From Malacoraja senta (Eukaryota): a stretch of 64,000 nucleotides of DNA. The stretch covers positions 1,490,001 through 1,554,000 of the forward strand of contig CM075995.1 in NCBI GenBank assembly GCA_038087875.1, read 5' to 3'. Each line of letters starts with the position of its first letter. The first letter of the stretch is position 1. Shown here piece after piece: positions 48,131 to 59,993 of this stretch. Both the position numbers and the translations under genes were made by a program. A model generated the notes under the pieces. It was not told the origin of the DNA. It was given only the letters and a program-made list of their open reading frames with translations, and searched no databases.

Positions 48131-48922
48131 CTAGTGTCTATAGGTAGTTGATACCAATAACTGAATAATTGTTAACTTATGCAAATCTCATCCGCCTCCA
48201 AACTAGAGATGGCATTCATAATTTTCCACCTTAGAGCCCCATCAGTTTATAATATAACTGAAATTTTACTAACCAGACTACTGGGGCAATGCTGAATACT
48301 GTTCGTCCACCATTATGACTTTGGTAGCTTCAGCTGGTAATAGCATAAGATCTGTCACAAAGACCTACATGGCACTTGAGAGATTACTACTTTACACGAT
48401 GTAAGCTCCCCCACTTGCACAGCTGAATCACAGCTACTATATTGCCAATTACACTTGATGAATAGAAGGCTGCTTTATCACAACAAGATTGTTACAGGCT
48501 CCTATTAATTCCAATCTGTTACCCCAGGGCGTAGTCACAGGCTAATTAATAGTTAAAGGTAAATCCCAATGATCAACAAGTCTAGGTGGAATCACCTTAA
48601 TTTTTCTTAAATATAGTTTGAGGCTGAAACAGTTGATTTTAGCAACATACAGCGTTAGAATATCCTCCAGTCAAGACATAACAAATGTTTTTGAGCTCTG
48701 AGCAGTCCAAGCATCGGTTTTAGTAATTTGGTAAATAACCTGGGAACTGAAGTTAACCCATTTTGCAATGTTTTGTATCATTGCCCTTATCCAGTTAATT
48801 TCAAATGTCTCCGGTGATCCCTGTAAATGGGAACATCCTATGGAAATCAGATGCGAAGTTTCCCATTCGGAAAAATTTATACTGCACATGCGAGTTAAAC
48901 GACATTCCGCTTCTTTCACAAT

Positions 48923-49093
48923 GAACAGGCCACGCCAATTCCGTACCTGCTCTAGCAACAACTCTTGCCCGATTTCCGAGCCTGACTTGAAAACCAATCC
49001 TGGCCATAATACTGAGCCTGCCTTGAAAGACAACTCTGGCCATAACTCTGAGCCTGCCTCGAAAGACAATTCTGGCCCCAATTCCGTGCTTGG
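48923..49093. repeat. 36-bp tandem repeat (~4.5 copies) in a non-DIRS segment inside copy C
   Basis: Unit CAACTCTGGCCATAACTCTGAGCCTGCCTYGAAAGA. Confidence 0.8.
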
Positions 49094-50561
49094 AACCCTA
49101 GTATTGTGCAGTTTTACATGGTTAGATGCCACAACCATTTGTGTGTTGTAAGGCCATCCTTATCAAGGGGATTCTACTTTCATACAACACATAAACTAAA
49201 CACATGTTATCATTATCATTTGTACAAAAAAACAAGTGTAAATATTACCAACTTGGAGGTGGTCCCATATTTTCCCTGAGACCGACTTGGGCCTCAGCTT
49301 GAAAACCTCTGCCCAGCTTTCATGCTGCCACCAACTTCAGTGAACTGCTTACTGCCAATGGAGGTGTGGGGTGTGTTGTCGCCGCAACGATGAAGCTTTG
49401 CTCGTCGTTGGTACCTCGATTGGTCCGACAGCTTTTGCTTCCTCATCCAGGTTTTACCTGTTGAATAGGTCTTACCTGAAGAGAAGATTCGGCGGCTGGT
49501 CTTTAATGTCACCCCTGATAGCGCTGTTCATTCCCGGCACTTATAGCATGAGGGGAACTCTGGCCCCTTCCGGGTATCCTGCCACCTTCGTTTGCGAGGA
49601 CTCTCTTGAATCCGTACGCATGTGCTCCAGTACGTTCCACGGACATACTTTAGAGTTTGAAGTCAGTTACCCACTGACCACTCGCACTCCCCTCCACAGA
49701 GAGGGAGATTCGTAGGCAGCCCTGCACAGGATGCTGCCGCAGGCCCCTGCCTCGTGGTATGCTCTCCGGCTATACATTCCTCATGAGTCAGAAACTGACC
49801 CCTCATGCTCCTGTCCTCTGAGAGGGAGACATCAGCAGCCCCCGAGGTGACCCGCGGATATAAAGCTCCTCTTGCTGGAGCATATCGTGATGGAGCATCC
49901 TCTCCATCAGGAGCTCTTTCCTGGACAGCCCTGAAACAGGTGCTGCTGCCACGGGCCACCGAGGAGACCCGGGCTGATCGCTCCCTCCTTTGGAGCGTAT
50001 CATTGTGGAGCAACCTCTCCATCAGGTGCTCCATGTGGGCCAAACGTCCGAAGACGCTACCCATTGAAGGAGGGGAACCCTCCGGGCCTGACTCCCCGAG
50101 TCCATAGGCCTGACCGACTTATTGTTGGATTTACCTCTTTTTATGGGCACACCATCGGTCTGGGACCCGCTGACCGCACTGTCACCAAGTCTGGTGGCGA
50201 CACCGCTCCTGGACTTATCTCCTCCACGGGAACCACTGCGGTAGCAAACCCGACGGCCGCCGGTTACCCGTGCTTCCGCGGTGCTGACCGGAGTGTCAAC
50301 TCACCACGGCCCATAGCCGGTTTCCCGTGGCCCGTCCGGACTTCGCCCCGACATATCCAGAAGGAAACCTCTTATAAAAAGAGATTCCTGCAAGAAAACA
50401 CAACCTGGTAAAAAATACAAAACTTACCTGCAGGTTTAAACTTACCGCTGGCAGGAGCGACGCGCCTGCCAGTCCGGTGCTTCGCCATGTGAACGACGTA
50501 ATGACGCGCATGCGGACTGGCGGGGCTTCTTCACATAATCACTCACGTGACTCCGAAGTAA

Positions 50562-50864
50562 AATAGTAAGATTAAACGAGAACTTACCAGTTTGAAGTTT
50601 GATCTTTATTTTATGAGGAGTTACGATGAGCGATTACGTGCCCTCTGCTCCCAACCCTCGTATCATAAAGATCATCTGGTAGTTCTGGTCATCTCTAATC
50701 TTACTATGTTAGTTCAACAACTGTTATCTGTGATTTCACACCGCTGCTTTGAAGATTGACGCACATGCGTGCTGACGGCCTTCTTCACGTTATCGCTCAT
50801 CGTAACACCTCATAAAATAAAGATCAAACTTCAAACTGGTAAGTTCTCGTTTAATCTTACTATT
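50562..50864 (+). mobile_element. 3' end of a plus-strand DIRS (distal ICR half, spacer, right ITR, terminal extension ending ...CTTACT-ATT), probably belonging to copy B
   Basis: 50562-50640 is complementary to 50786-50864. The spacer is the reverse-complement homologue of 42214-42326. The ITR variant (50758-50792) differs from copy C's ITR. Confidence 0.85.
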
Positions 50865-51418
50865 CTCTTGAACTTCTACAGGTGCACAGTGGAGAGCATC
50901 GTGGCCTGGTGCGGCAACTTGAATGCCCAGGAGTGGAAAAGACTGCAAAAAGTTGTGACCACTGCCCAGTCCATCACCGGCTCTGACCTCCCCACCATGG
51001 AAGGGATCTATCGCAGTCGCTGCCTCAAAAAGGCAGCCAACATCATCAGAGACCCACACCATCCTGGCCACGCACTCATCTCACCGCTGCCATCGGGAAG
51101 AAGGTTCAGGAGCCTGAAAACTGTAACGTCCAGGTTCAGGAGCAGCTTCTTCCCTACAGCCATCAGGCTATTAAACACTACAACAAATAAGCTCTGAACT
51201 ACATTAGACTATTATTATTATGATTATTTTTGCAGTTATTGTTTGTTTTTTGAGTATGTGTGTATGTGTGTATATATATATACACTGATTATTTTTGTTC
51301 TCTCGTTTATCATATTGTTTACAGTGTACTATGTGTACATATTCTGATGTGCTGCAGCAAGTAAGAATTTAATTGTTCTATCTGGGACATCTGACAATAA
51401 TACACTCTTGACTCTTGA
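50862..51418 (+). mobile_element. Rex1-type 3' fragment, the target of the DIRS insertion
   Basis: ILLNFYRCTVESI...TSRFRSSFFPTAIRLLN, 3' UTR and (CTCTTGA)n tail. Confidence 0.85.
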
Positions 51419-51591
51419 TTCTTTAATTTAGTTGTGAAGTATCTCATCGATGAATGCTTTGAAAATTCATCCGGTACTGTGCAAGTAAATCAAATTTGTT
51501 TTCAGCAATGGACAATTCCAACGTCAAATGGATGATTGTCCCTCACAATCAAATACAGTTTGAGTTAGCAAAAGTGGGAAGTATAATTGAG

Positions 51592-52190
51592 GCGGCATTG
51601 TGGCGCTGCGGTAGAGTAGATGCCATTACAGCGGCATGGACCCAGGTTCGGTCCTGACTACGGGTGCTGTCTGCACGGAGTTTGTACGTTCTCCCCGTGA
51701 CCCGCGTTGGTTTTCTCCCAGATCTCCGGTTTCCTCCCACGCTCCAAAGACGTACAGGTTTGTAGGTTAATTGGCCTAATAAATTGGTAAAATTGGTTTA
51801 AAAATACCTGTAAATTGTGCCTAGTGTGAGTAGGATAGTGTCAGTGTACAGGGATCGCTGGTCAAAGACAATAGACAATAGGTGCAGGAGTAGGCCATTC
51901 GGCCCTTCGAGCCAGCACCGCCATTCAAATGTGATCATGGCTGATCATCGCTAATCAGTACCCCGTTCCTGCCTTCTCCCCATATCCCCTGACTCCGCTA
52001 TCTTTAAGAGCCCTATCTAGCTCTCTCTCGAAAGCATCCAGAGAACCCGCCTCCACCGCCCTCTGAGGCAGAGAATTCCACAGACTCACCACTCTCTGTG
52101 AGAAAAAGTGTTTCCTCGTCTCCGTTCTAAATGGCGCGGACACGGTGAGTCGAAGGGCCTGCTTCCGCGCTGTGTCTCTAAGCTAAACAA
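51592..52190 (+). mobile_element. V-SINE interrupted by a CR1 3' end (~51866-52134, minus strand)
   Basis: SINE resumes GGCGCGGACACGGTGAGTCGAAGGGCCTG after the CR1 piece. Confidence 0.8.
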
Positions 52191-52448
52191 AACCAGAAAA
52201 TGCTTGTACCAGCACGACTGGCGGCAAGTATGGAAAGCGAAATACAATTAACTCTGCGGGTCAACGGGTTTCCCTCAGAATTGGAATAAGCCGGTGGTTT
52301 AGTTTGTAAACAACAACACAATCATAGATGGGATGAAGACAAGAATCCAACTAGAAACAGACATTATCTTTCCGACTTTGGGACAAATCTAAAAAATTTG
52401 GCTCAAATAAATACTCAAAATCTGGCATGGCAAATTACACAGCAGTAA

Positions 52449-53040
52449 AGGCTCTGTCTTACGGTGTTGCGGTCATCGGCGGTGAAGCGCGGCTTCGCCT
52501 GTAGAGTGGACCGCACGGCAACGGCGAGAGCGCCGAGCCTATGCCACGGGAGCGCCGCACGGATGCTGCGCGGGGGCCGAGTGATTTAAATACGGCTGGT
52601 CCCACGAGCTTGCGGTAAGTTAAAAAAAGGGCGGGCCGACTGCGATGACGTCAGCCCGCCGCACGTGACTCACGAGCGGCGGCTGTGGCGACGGCCGTCC
52701 TGATCGCGGCGCTGTAGCGGTGGCTGTGCCGGCGGCCGTGCCGCACACGTGCCTCACTGGCGGAGGCTGTGGCGGTGCAAGTTCAACGCACGGCGCTCGA
52801 GCCACACTGGCGGCGGCTGTGGCGGCGGCCGTGCTGCACTCGTGCCTCACTGGCGGAGGCTGTGCGGTAGGGACATATTTTTGAACAGTGTTGGTTTTAT
52901 TTTAGCACCGTGCGGTGTTGGGAACAACGCCGCACGGCCCCGGAATTGTGCGTTGACCGAGTGCGCGGTCTATGGCGGCCCAGGAGCGGTAGATTCTTCC
53001 CGTTTCGCCGCCAATGACCGCAGACTCGTGAGACAGGCTT
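52449..53040. mobile_element. CpG-rich Harbinger-like MITE
   Basis: Imperfect ~40-bp TIRs (CTGTCTYACG...TGCGGTCATYGGCGGYGAA); TSD TAA/TAA; internal CACTGGCGGMGGCTGTG repeats. Confidence 0.75.
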
Positions 53041-53047
53041 TAACTGT

Positions 53048-54450
53048 TCATAAGTTCAGAAGTGATAGGAGCGGAATTAGGCCATTCAGCCCATCAAGAC
53101 TACGCCATTCATTCATGGTTGATCTAACTCTCCCTCCTAACCCCATTCTCCTGCCTTCTCCCCATAACCCCTGACACCCATACTAATCAAGAATCTATCA
53201 ATCTCTGTCTTACAAATATACGATGACTTGGCCTCCACAGCCGTCTGTAGCAAATAATTCCACAGATTTACCACTCTTTGACTAAAGAAAATCCTCCTCA
53301 ACTCCTTCCTAAAGGAACATTCTTCAGGGGTAGGCCAGGGTAGAATAAAGAGTAGGCCATTTAGGACTGAGATGAGGAGCAACTTTTTCGCCCAGAGAGT
53401 TGTGAATCTGTGGAATTCTCTGCCACAGAATGCAGTGGAGGCCAATTCACTGGATGTTTTCAAGAGAGAGTTAGATATAACTCTTAGGTCTAATGGAATC
53501 AAGGGATGTGTGGAAAAAGCAGGAACATTTGGATAATCAGCCATGATCATATTGAATGGCTGGTTCGAAGGGCCAAATGGCCTACTCCTGAACCTATTTT
53601 CAATGTTTCTATGTTTCTGAGGCTATGGCCTCTGGTCATAGACTCTCCCACTAGTGGAAACATCCTCGCCATACCACTCTATCCAGGCCTTCCGTTCTTC
53701 CTTGATGCTTGCCCTGTTCTCACTGTAAGACCTCTTCATGTTATCTTCTGTCCAAGGTAGTTGTCTAAGGCCTCCACGATCCTCAAACAGCATACCAGTC
53801 TGAACATTACCAATCCATGTCCTCCAGAAATACTGCCTGACCCTCTGAGTTACTCCAGTGCTTTGTGTTCTACATAAGCTTGCAGCATCTGCAGTTACTT
53901 CCATCTTCAATGGACAATAGACAATAATCAATAGCTGCAGGAGTAGGCCATTCGACCCTTTGAGCCAGCTGCCATTCACTGTGATTATGGCTGATCATCC
54001 ACAATCAGGAAGTGTTTCCTCATCTTCCTTCTAAATGGTCTACCCCTTATTCTTAAACTATGGCCCCTGGTTCTGGACTCCCGCAACATCGGAAATATGT
54101 TTCCTGCCTCTAGTGTGTCCACACCCTTAATAATCTTATTTGTTTCCATAAGATCCCCTCTCATCCTTCTAAATTCCAATGAATACAAGCCCAGTCGCTC
54201 CATTCTTTCAACATATGACAGTTACGCCATCCCGGGAATTAACCTGGTGAACCTACGCTGCACTCCCTCAATAGCAAGAATGTCCTTCCTCAAATTTGGA
54301 GACCAAAACTGAATACAATACTCCAGGTGTGGTCTCACCAGGACCCTGTACAACTGCAGAAGGACTTCTTTGCCCCTATACTCAACTCCTCTTGTCGTGA
54401 AGGCCAACTTGCCATTAGCTTTCTTCACTGCCTGCTGTACCTGCACACTT
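53048..54450. mobile_element. Cluster of CR1 3' fragments (53048-53690 -, nested 53340-53615 +, 53912-54450 -)
   Basis: CR1 C-terminal peptides and 3' UTRs. Confidence 0.8.
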
Positions 54451-55459
54451 ACTTACTTCAGCACAACATCCAATTTGGCCCAGTGATGCAGATCCCGGGC
54501 TGCCTACCGAGTTAGTTCATCCACGAGGATGGTGGCCATCACCAATGCACGGTAGAGTTAGATGTTCAATTCCTGCTGTCTTCTAGTCGGCCGACACTTC
54601 ATATGATGTTGTTCCAGATACCAGAAAGTGTATATAATTTTTTTACCAGTTTTCAAACTAAAAAGGATTGGGGATAAAGGCAAGATGTATACGTTTGTGC
54701 TGTGGCACATAAACATTGTATTAAAGGTAGACACAAAATGCTGGAGTAACTCAGCCAGTCAGGCAGCATCTCTCGACAAAAGGGACATTTTGGATCGAGA
54801 CGAATGGTCTCGACCTGAAACATGACCTATTCCTTTTCTCCAGTGATGCCACCTGACTTTCTGAGTTACTCCAGCATTTTGTGTCCATCTTCGGTGTAAA
54901 CAAGCATCTGCAGTTCCTTCCTATACATTGAGTTGTGTAAGTTATTAGTTATTAGTTTAGATTGGTTTAGTTCAGTTTAGTTTATTGTCAGTGAAAAGCT
55001 TTCGTTGTGTGTTAACCAGTCAGTGGAAAGACTGTGATCAGCCATGATCACAGTGATTGGCGGTGCTGGCTCGAAGGGCCGAATGGCCTACTCCTGCACC
55101 TATTGTCTATTGCCTATTGTCTGTTGTCTAATACATGATTACAATAGAGCCGTCCACAGTGTACAAGATACATGATAAGGGAATAACGTTTATTCTGGTG
55201 CAAATGGACTCAACGGAAGGGAGGTTGGTTCATGTGATTGTCTGGGCTCCATCCGCAATTCACTGCAATTTCTTGCGGTCTTGGCTGGAGCTGTTCCCAA
55301 ACTATGCTGTGATGATGCTGATAAAGTGCTTTCCACAGCGCATCTGTAGAGTTTGGTGAGAGTTGTATGGGACATGCCGAACCTCCTGAGCCATCCAAGG
55401 GAGTAGAGGCACTGGTGGGCTTTTTTGGTAGTTGCTTCAAAATGGGTGGTCCAGGTCAA

Positions 55460-55856
55460 ATTTTTTGTTTAATTTTTTTTTTTAATTTTATTTATTACAT
55501 TACAGCCAATTACATTAGTACTGATCACGTATATCTTATTACAATTAATGTACTCCGTCATTTTTTACACTAATAAAAAGGAAAGGTTGAGATTAAGAAA
55601 AAAGAGAAAGTGAAGGAAAATAGTAAAGGTGAAAAAACGTGACAACAGGAAAGAACAGAGACCCTGTAGAAAAGAAATTAAGAAGAAAGGATTAAGAGAT
55701 AGACCCTAAAGAAGAAAAAAAAAAGAGAAAGAGGAAAAAAGAGAAAAACAAATACTTTATTATAAGCATCACGCAAATGGGATATACCAACTCTCCAGCT
55801 TTCATCCCCCTTTACCTGGCCTCAGTTTTTTTTAAAGTACTTTTGCACCCTATACT
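55460..55856 (-). mobile_element. L1/Tx1-type 3' UTR with poly(A) inserted in a Rex1 fragment
   Basis: Poly(T) on the plus strand; 13-bp TSD TGGTCCAGGTCAA at 55447-55459 and 55857-55869. Confidence 0.65.
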
Positions 55857-56154
55857 TGGTCCAGGTCAAGTTGATGGTGATATTGACTCTGAGGAATTTG
55901 AAGCTTTTAACCATCTCTACTTTGGCACCGTCAATGCAAACTGTGGTGTGTGGACCGCTTCACTTCATGAAGTCGATCACTATCTCCTTTGTCTTGCTGA
56001 CATTGAGTGAACGGTTGTTATCTCGACACCAGGAGACAAGGTTCTCGATCTCCTTCCTGTACTCCGTCTCATCAGTATTTATTATTTGCCCCACATTGAT
56101 GGTGGAGAATGGGGTGCGAGGGAAAGATAGACCAGCCAGGATTGAATGGTAGAT

Positions 56155-57195
56155 GATAGACAATAGACAATTGGTGCAGAAGTAGGCCATTCGGCCCTTC
56201 GAGCCAGCACCGCCAATCACTGTGATCATGGCTGATCATCCCCAATCAGTATCCCGTTCCTGCCATCTCCCCATATCCCCCGACTCCGCTATCTTTAAGA
56301 GCCCTATCTAGCTCTCTCTTGAAAGTGTCCAGAGAACCGGCCTCCACCGCCCTCTGAGGCAGAGAATTCCACAGACTCACAACTCTCTGTGTGAAGAAGT
56401 CTTTGCTCGTCTCCGTTCTAAGGGCTTACCCCTTATTCTTAAACTGTGGCCCCTGGTTCTGGACTCCCCCAACATCGGGAACATGTTTCCTGCCTCTAGC
56501 TTGTCCAAACCATTAATAATCTTATATGTTTCAATGAGATACCCTCTCATCCTTCTAAACTCCAGAGTGTACAAGCCCAGCCGCTCCATTCTCTCAGCAT
56601 ATGACAGTCCCGCCATCCCGGGAATTAACCTTGTAAACCTATGCAGCACTCCGTCAATGGCAAGAATGTCCTTCCTCAAATTAGGGGACCAAAACTGCAC
56701 ACAATACTCCAGGTGTGGTCTCACTAGGGCCCTATACAACTGCAGAAGGGCCTCTTTGCTACTATACTCAACTCCTCTTGTTATAAAGGCCAACATGCCA
56801 TTCGCTTTCTTCACTGCCTGCTTACCTGCCTGCTTACTTTCATAGACTGACGAACAAGGACCCCCAGATCCCATTGTACTTCCCCTTTTCCCAACTTAAC
56901 ACCATTTAGATAGTAATCTGCCTTCCTGTTTTTGCTGCCAAAGTGGATAACCTCACATTTATCCACATTAAACTGAAGCTGCCACACATCTGCCCACTCA
57001 CCCAACCTGTCGAAGTCACCCTGCATTTTCATAGCATCCTTCTCACAGTTCATACTGCCACCCAGCTTTGTTTCATCAGCAAATTTGCTAACGTTACTTT
57101 GAATCCCTTCATCTAAATCATTGATGTATATTGAAAAATAGTTGCGGTCCCAGCACCGAGCCTTGCGGTACCCCAGTAGCCTTGCGGTACCCCCA
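56155..57195 (-). mobile_element. CR1 RT/3' fragment
   Basis: GVPQGSVLGP, FADE, ORFs 56377-57053, and tail. Confidence 0.9.
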
Positions 57196-57254
57196 CTGCT
57201 GATGGGCCGAATGGCTTAAATCTGCTCCTTGAACTTATGAGCGTATAAACTTTA

Positions 57255-57671
57255 AGGGGCTGTCCCACTTGGGTGACCTAATTGGCGAGTTTAGAAGAGT
57301 TTGAAAAAATGACAAGTTGAAGACCTCCTTCGATCTCCTTCGACTATGTTGAAGACCAGCTTCGACTATCTACGACTACCTTCGACTACCCTCGATTACC
57401 TACGACTAACTTGCCGACCTACTACGACTAAACCTATGAGTAAAAAAAGTATCGATTTTTTCCATGGCGACCTTTTTTTACTCGCATTTTTTAACATACT
57501 GAAAAAAACGCCGTGACCTAGCTGAGGCCTCGAGTACGCGGAGACCACTCTCGAGCATGAAGGAGAGTTACGAAGACCTCCTACGACCTCGTGTTGACCA
57601 TGCTGCGAGTATGAGTCGAGGGCAAACTCGCCAGAACTCGCGGATTAGGTCGCCCAAGTGGGACAGCCCCT
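57255..57671. mobile_element. PIF/Harbinger-type MITE
   Basis: TIR AGGGGCTGTCCCACTTGGG(T/C)GACCTAAT; TSD TTA/TTA; internal CGACTA repeats. Confidence 0.85.
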
Positions 57672-58027
57672 TTATTTGACTTTATTACTAAAAGACCAAC
57701 TTGCTAAAACAAGTAGTTAGTGGTTCTGTAAACTGGCAGAAGATTACGTGATCAGCCTGCTGATATTACCCATCTCTTATTCTTTCCCAAACTGATCAAA
57801 CTACCAGGTGACGCTTGTCTGCTTCCATGGGAAATAGCTAATCACCCAGCTATTCCTGGATGAAAGGTCTGAAGAAGGGTCTCCATCTGAAACGTCGTCC
57901 ATTCATTCCAGAGATGCTGCCACACTCGCTGAGTTACTCCAGCATTTTGTGTCCACCAGCTATTACTTGAAGTGCAGGAGGCTGAGGGGTGATCAGCATC
58001 ATGAGAGGAATACGTAGGGTGAAGGCA

Positions 58028-58320
58028 CGGAATCTTTTACCCAGAGCACAGTGGCTACCTCACAGCGCCAGAGACCCCGGTTCGATCCTGACTACGGGTG
58101 CTGGAGATTGTACGTTCTCCCTGTGACCGCGTGGGTTTTTCTCCGGGAGCTCCGGTTTCCTCCCGCACTCCAAAGACGTACAGGTTTGTAGGTTAATTGG
58201 CTTCAGTTGTCCCTGGTGTGTAGGAAAGTGCTCGTGTACGGGGTGATCGCTGGTGGGAGGAGACTCGGTGGGCTGGAGGGCCGGTTTCCATGCTGTATCT
58301 CTAAAGTCTGAAGTCTAAAT
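58028..58320 (+). mobile_element. HE1-like V-SINE
   Basis: V-domain and tail. Confidence 0.8.
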
Positions 58321-59993
58321 TAGGAGAATTAAGGGAAGCAGAGGACATCGGTTTAAGGCGTAAGGGGGAAGCTGAGGGGTAATGTTTTCATGCAGAAGAT
58401 AGTATTACTATTGAATGCAGCACTGGCGACCCACACACTGAATTGCTGCTGCAGATGCTGGATTTTGTATCATGTTTCAATGGAAAATGGTAACTCCAGG
58501 ATTATGATCAGGTACAGGTATCAGAGGTTATGGGGAGAAGGCAGGAGAATGGGGTTAGGAGGGTGAGATTGATCAGCCATGACTGAATGGCAGAGTAGAC
58601 TTGATGGGCCGAATGGCCTAATTCTACTCCTATCACCTATGACATGATAGAGGGGCATGTGACTCAGTTCATATTATCACCCTTCGATGAAAGCTTCATT
58701 CATTAAGTTCTGTTTAGTTTATTGTCCCGTGTACCGAGATACAGTGAAAAGTTTTTGTTGCATGCTAACCAGTCAGCAGAAAGACAATACGTGATTATAA
58801 TCGATCCATTTACAGTGTATAGATACATGATAAGGGAATAACGTTTAGTGCAAGGTAAAGCCCAACAAAGTCCGGTCAAGGATAGTCCGAGGGTCATCAA
58901 AGAGGGAGATAGTAGTTCAGCACTGCTCTCTGGCTGTGGTAGGATGGTTCAGTTGCCTGATAACACCTGGGAAGAAACTGTCCCTGAATCTGGAGGTGTG
59001 CGTTTTCACACTTCTGTACCTTTTGCCCGATGGGAGAGGGGAGAAGAGGGAGCGGTCAAGGTGTGACTAGTCCTTGATTATGCCGAGTCAGCGTGAGGCG
59101 TAAATGAAGACAATAGAAGGGAGGTTGGTGTGTGTGATGGGTCTGGGCTGCGTCCACAATTCGCTACAGTTTCTTGCGGTCCTGGATGGAGTTGTTCCCA
59201 AATTAAACTGTGATGCATCCTGACAAATGTGACGAAGCTCCAACTGTGGTCAAATCACTGTCTTATGAGTGGCTCATCATGACTTTCTCTTTTACAATTC
59301 CTTTTACTTCGACATAATTGCTGTAAGTGGAGTGGTGAAAGATTCATCAGACTGGTTCCGGATCGGACTCATGGATATAGATTTAGGTTTCCAGGCCTCT
59401 CTTTTTAGAATTTAGGAGAATGAGACACGACCTCATTGAGACATCTAAGATACAAAGAGGCCTCAACAGTATAGATATCAGGAAGATATCTCCATTGACT
59501 GGGGAGTCGAGAACAAGGGATCAGAGTCCTAGATAGGGATAGACTGTTTAAGACACAGAGGGCGATGAATATTCGGACTTCTCTGTGCAAGAGGGTCATG
59601 GAGGCCCTATCATTGACCACATTCAGAACAGATCAACAGGGTGGCGCAGCGGTAGAGTTGCTGAAACTTTTTCTCACAGAGAGTGGCAAGTCTGTGGAAT
59701 TCTCTGCCTCAGAGGGCGGTGGAGGCAGGTTCTCTGGATACTTTCAAGAGAGAGCTAGATAGGGCTCTTAAAAATAGCGGAGTCAGTGGATATGGGGAGA
59801 AGGCAGGAACGGGGTACTGATTGGGGATGATCAGCCATGATCACATTGAATGGCTCAAAGGGCCGAATGGCCTACTCCTGCACCTATTGTCTATTGTCTA
59901 TTGTCTCCCTCACAGCACCAGAGAACCGGGTTCAATCCTGACTACGGGTGCTGTCTGTACGGAGTTTGTACGTTCTCCCCGTGACCGCGTGGG

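Larger units (their letters stand above)
42160..50564 (-). mobile_element. Degenerate DIRS1-like copy C with well-preserved termini and at least four nested insertions
   Basis: ITR pair at 42179-42213 and 50503-50537; ICR at ~42328-42424. Decayed YR (~43040-43975), RH/MT (~43980-44533, 48147-48350), RT (~48350-48830) and gag (~49270-50354) are recognisable by alignment to copy B. Confidence 0.88.

Noticed and set aside
50769..51197. 142-aa ORF as a novel fusion gene
   Set aside because: Chance read-through from a DIRS terminus into a Rex1 fragment, with a non-ATG start.
52449..53040. CpG island suggesting a host gene promoter
   Set aside because: Bounded exactly by TIRs and a TAA TSD, so it is explained as a MITE.
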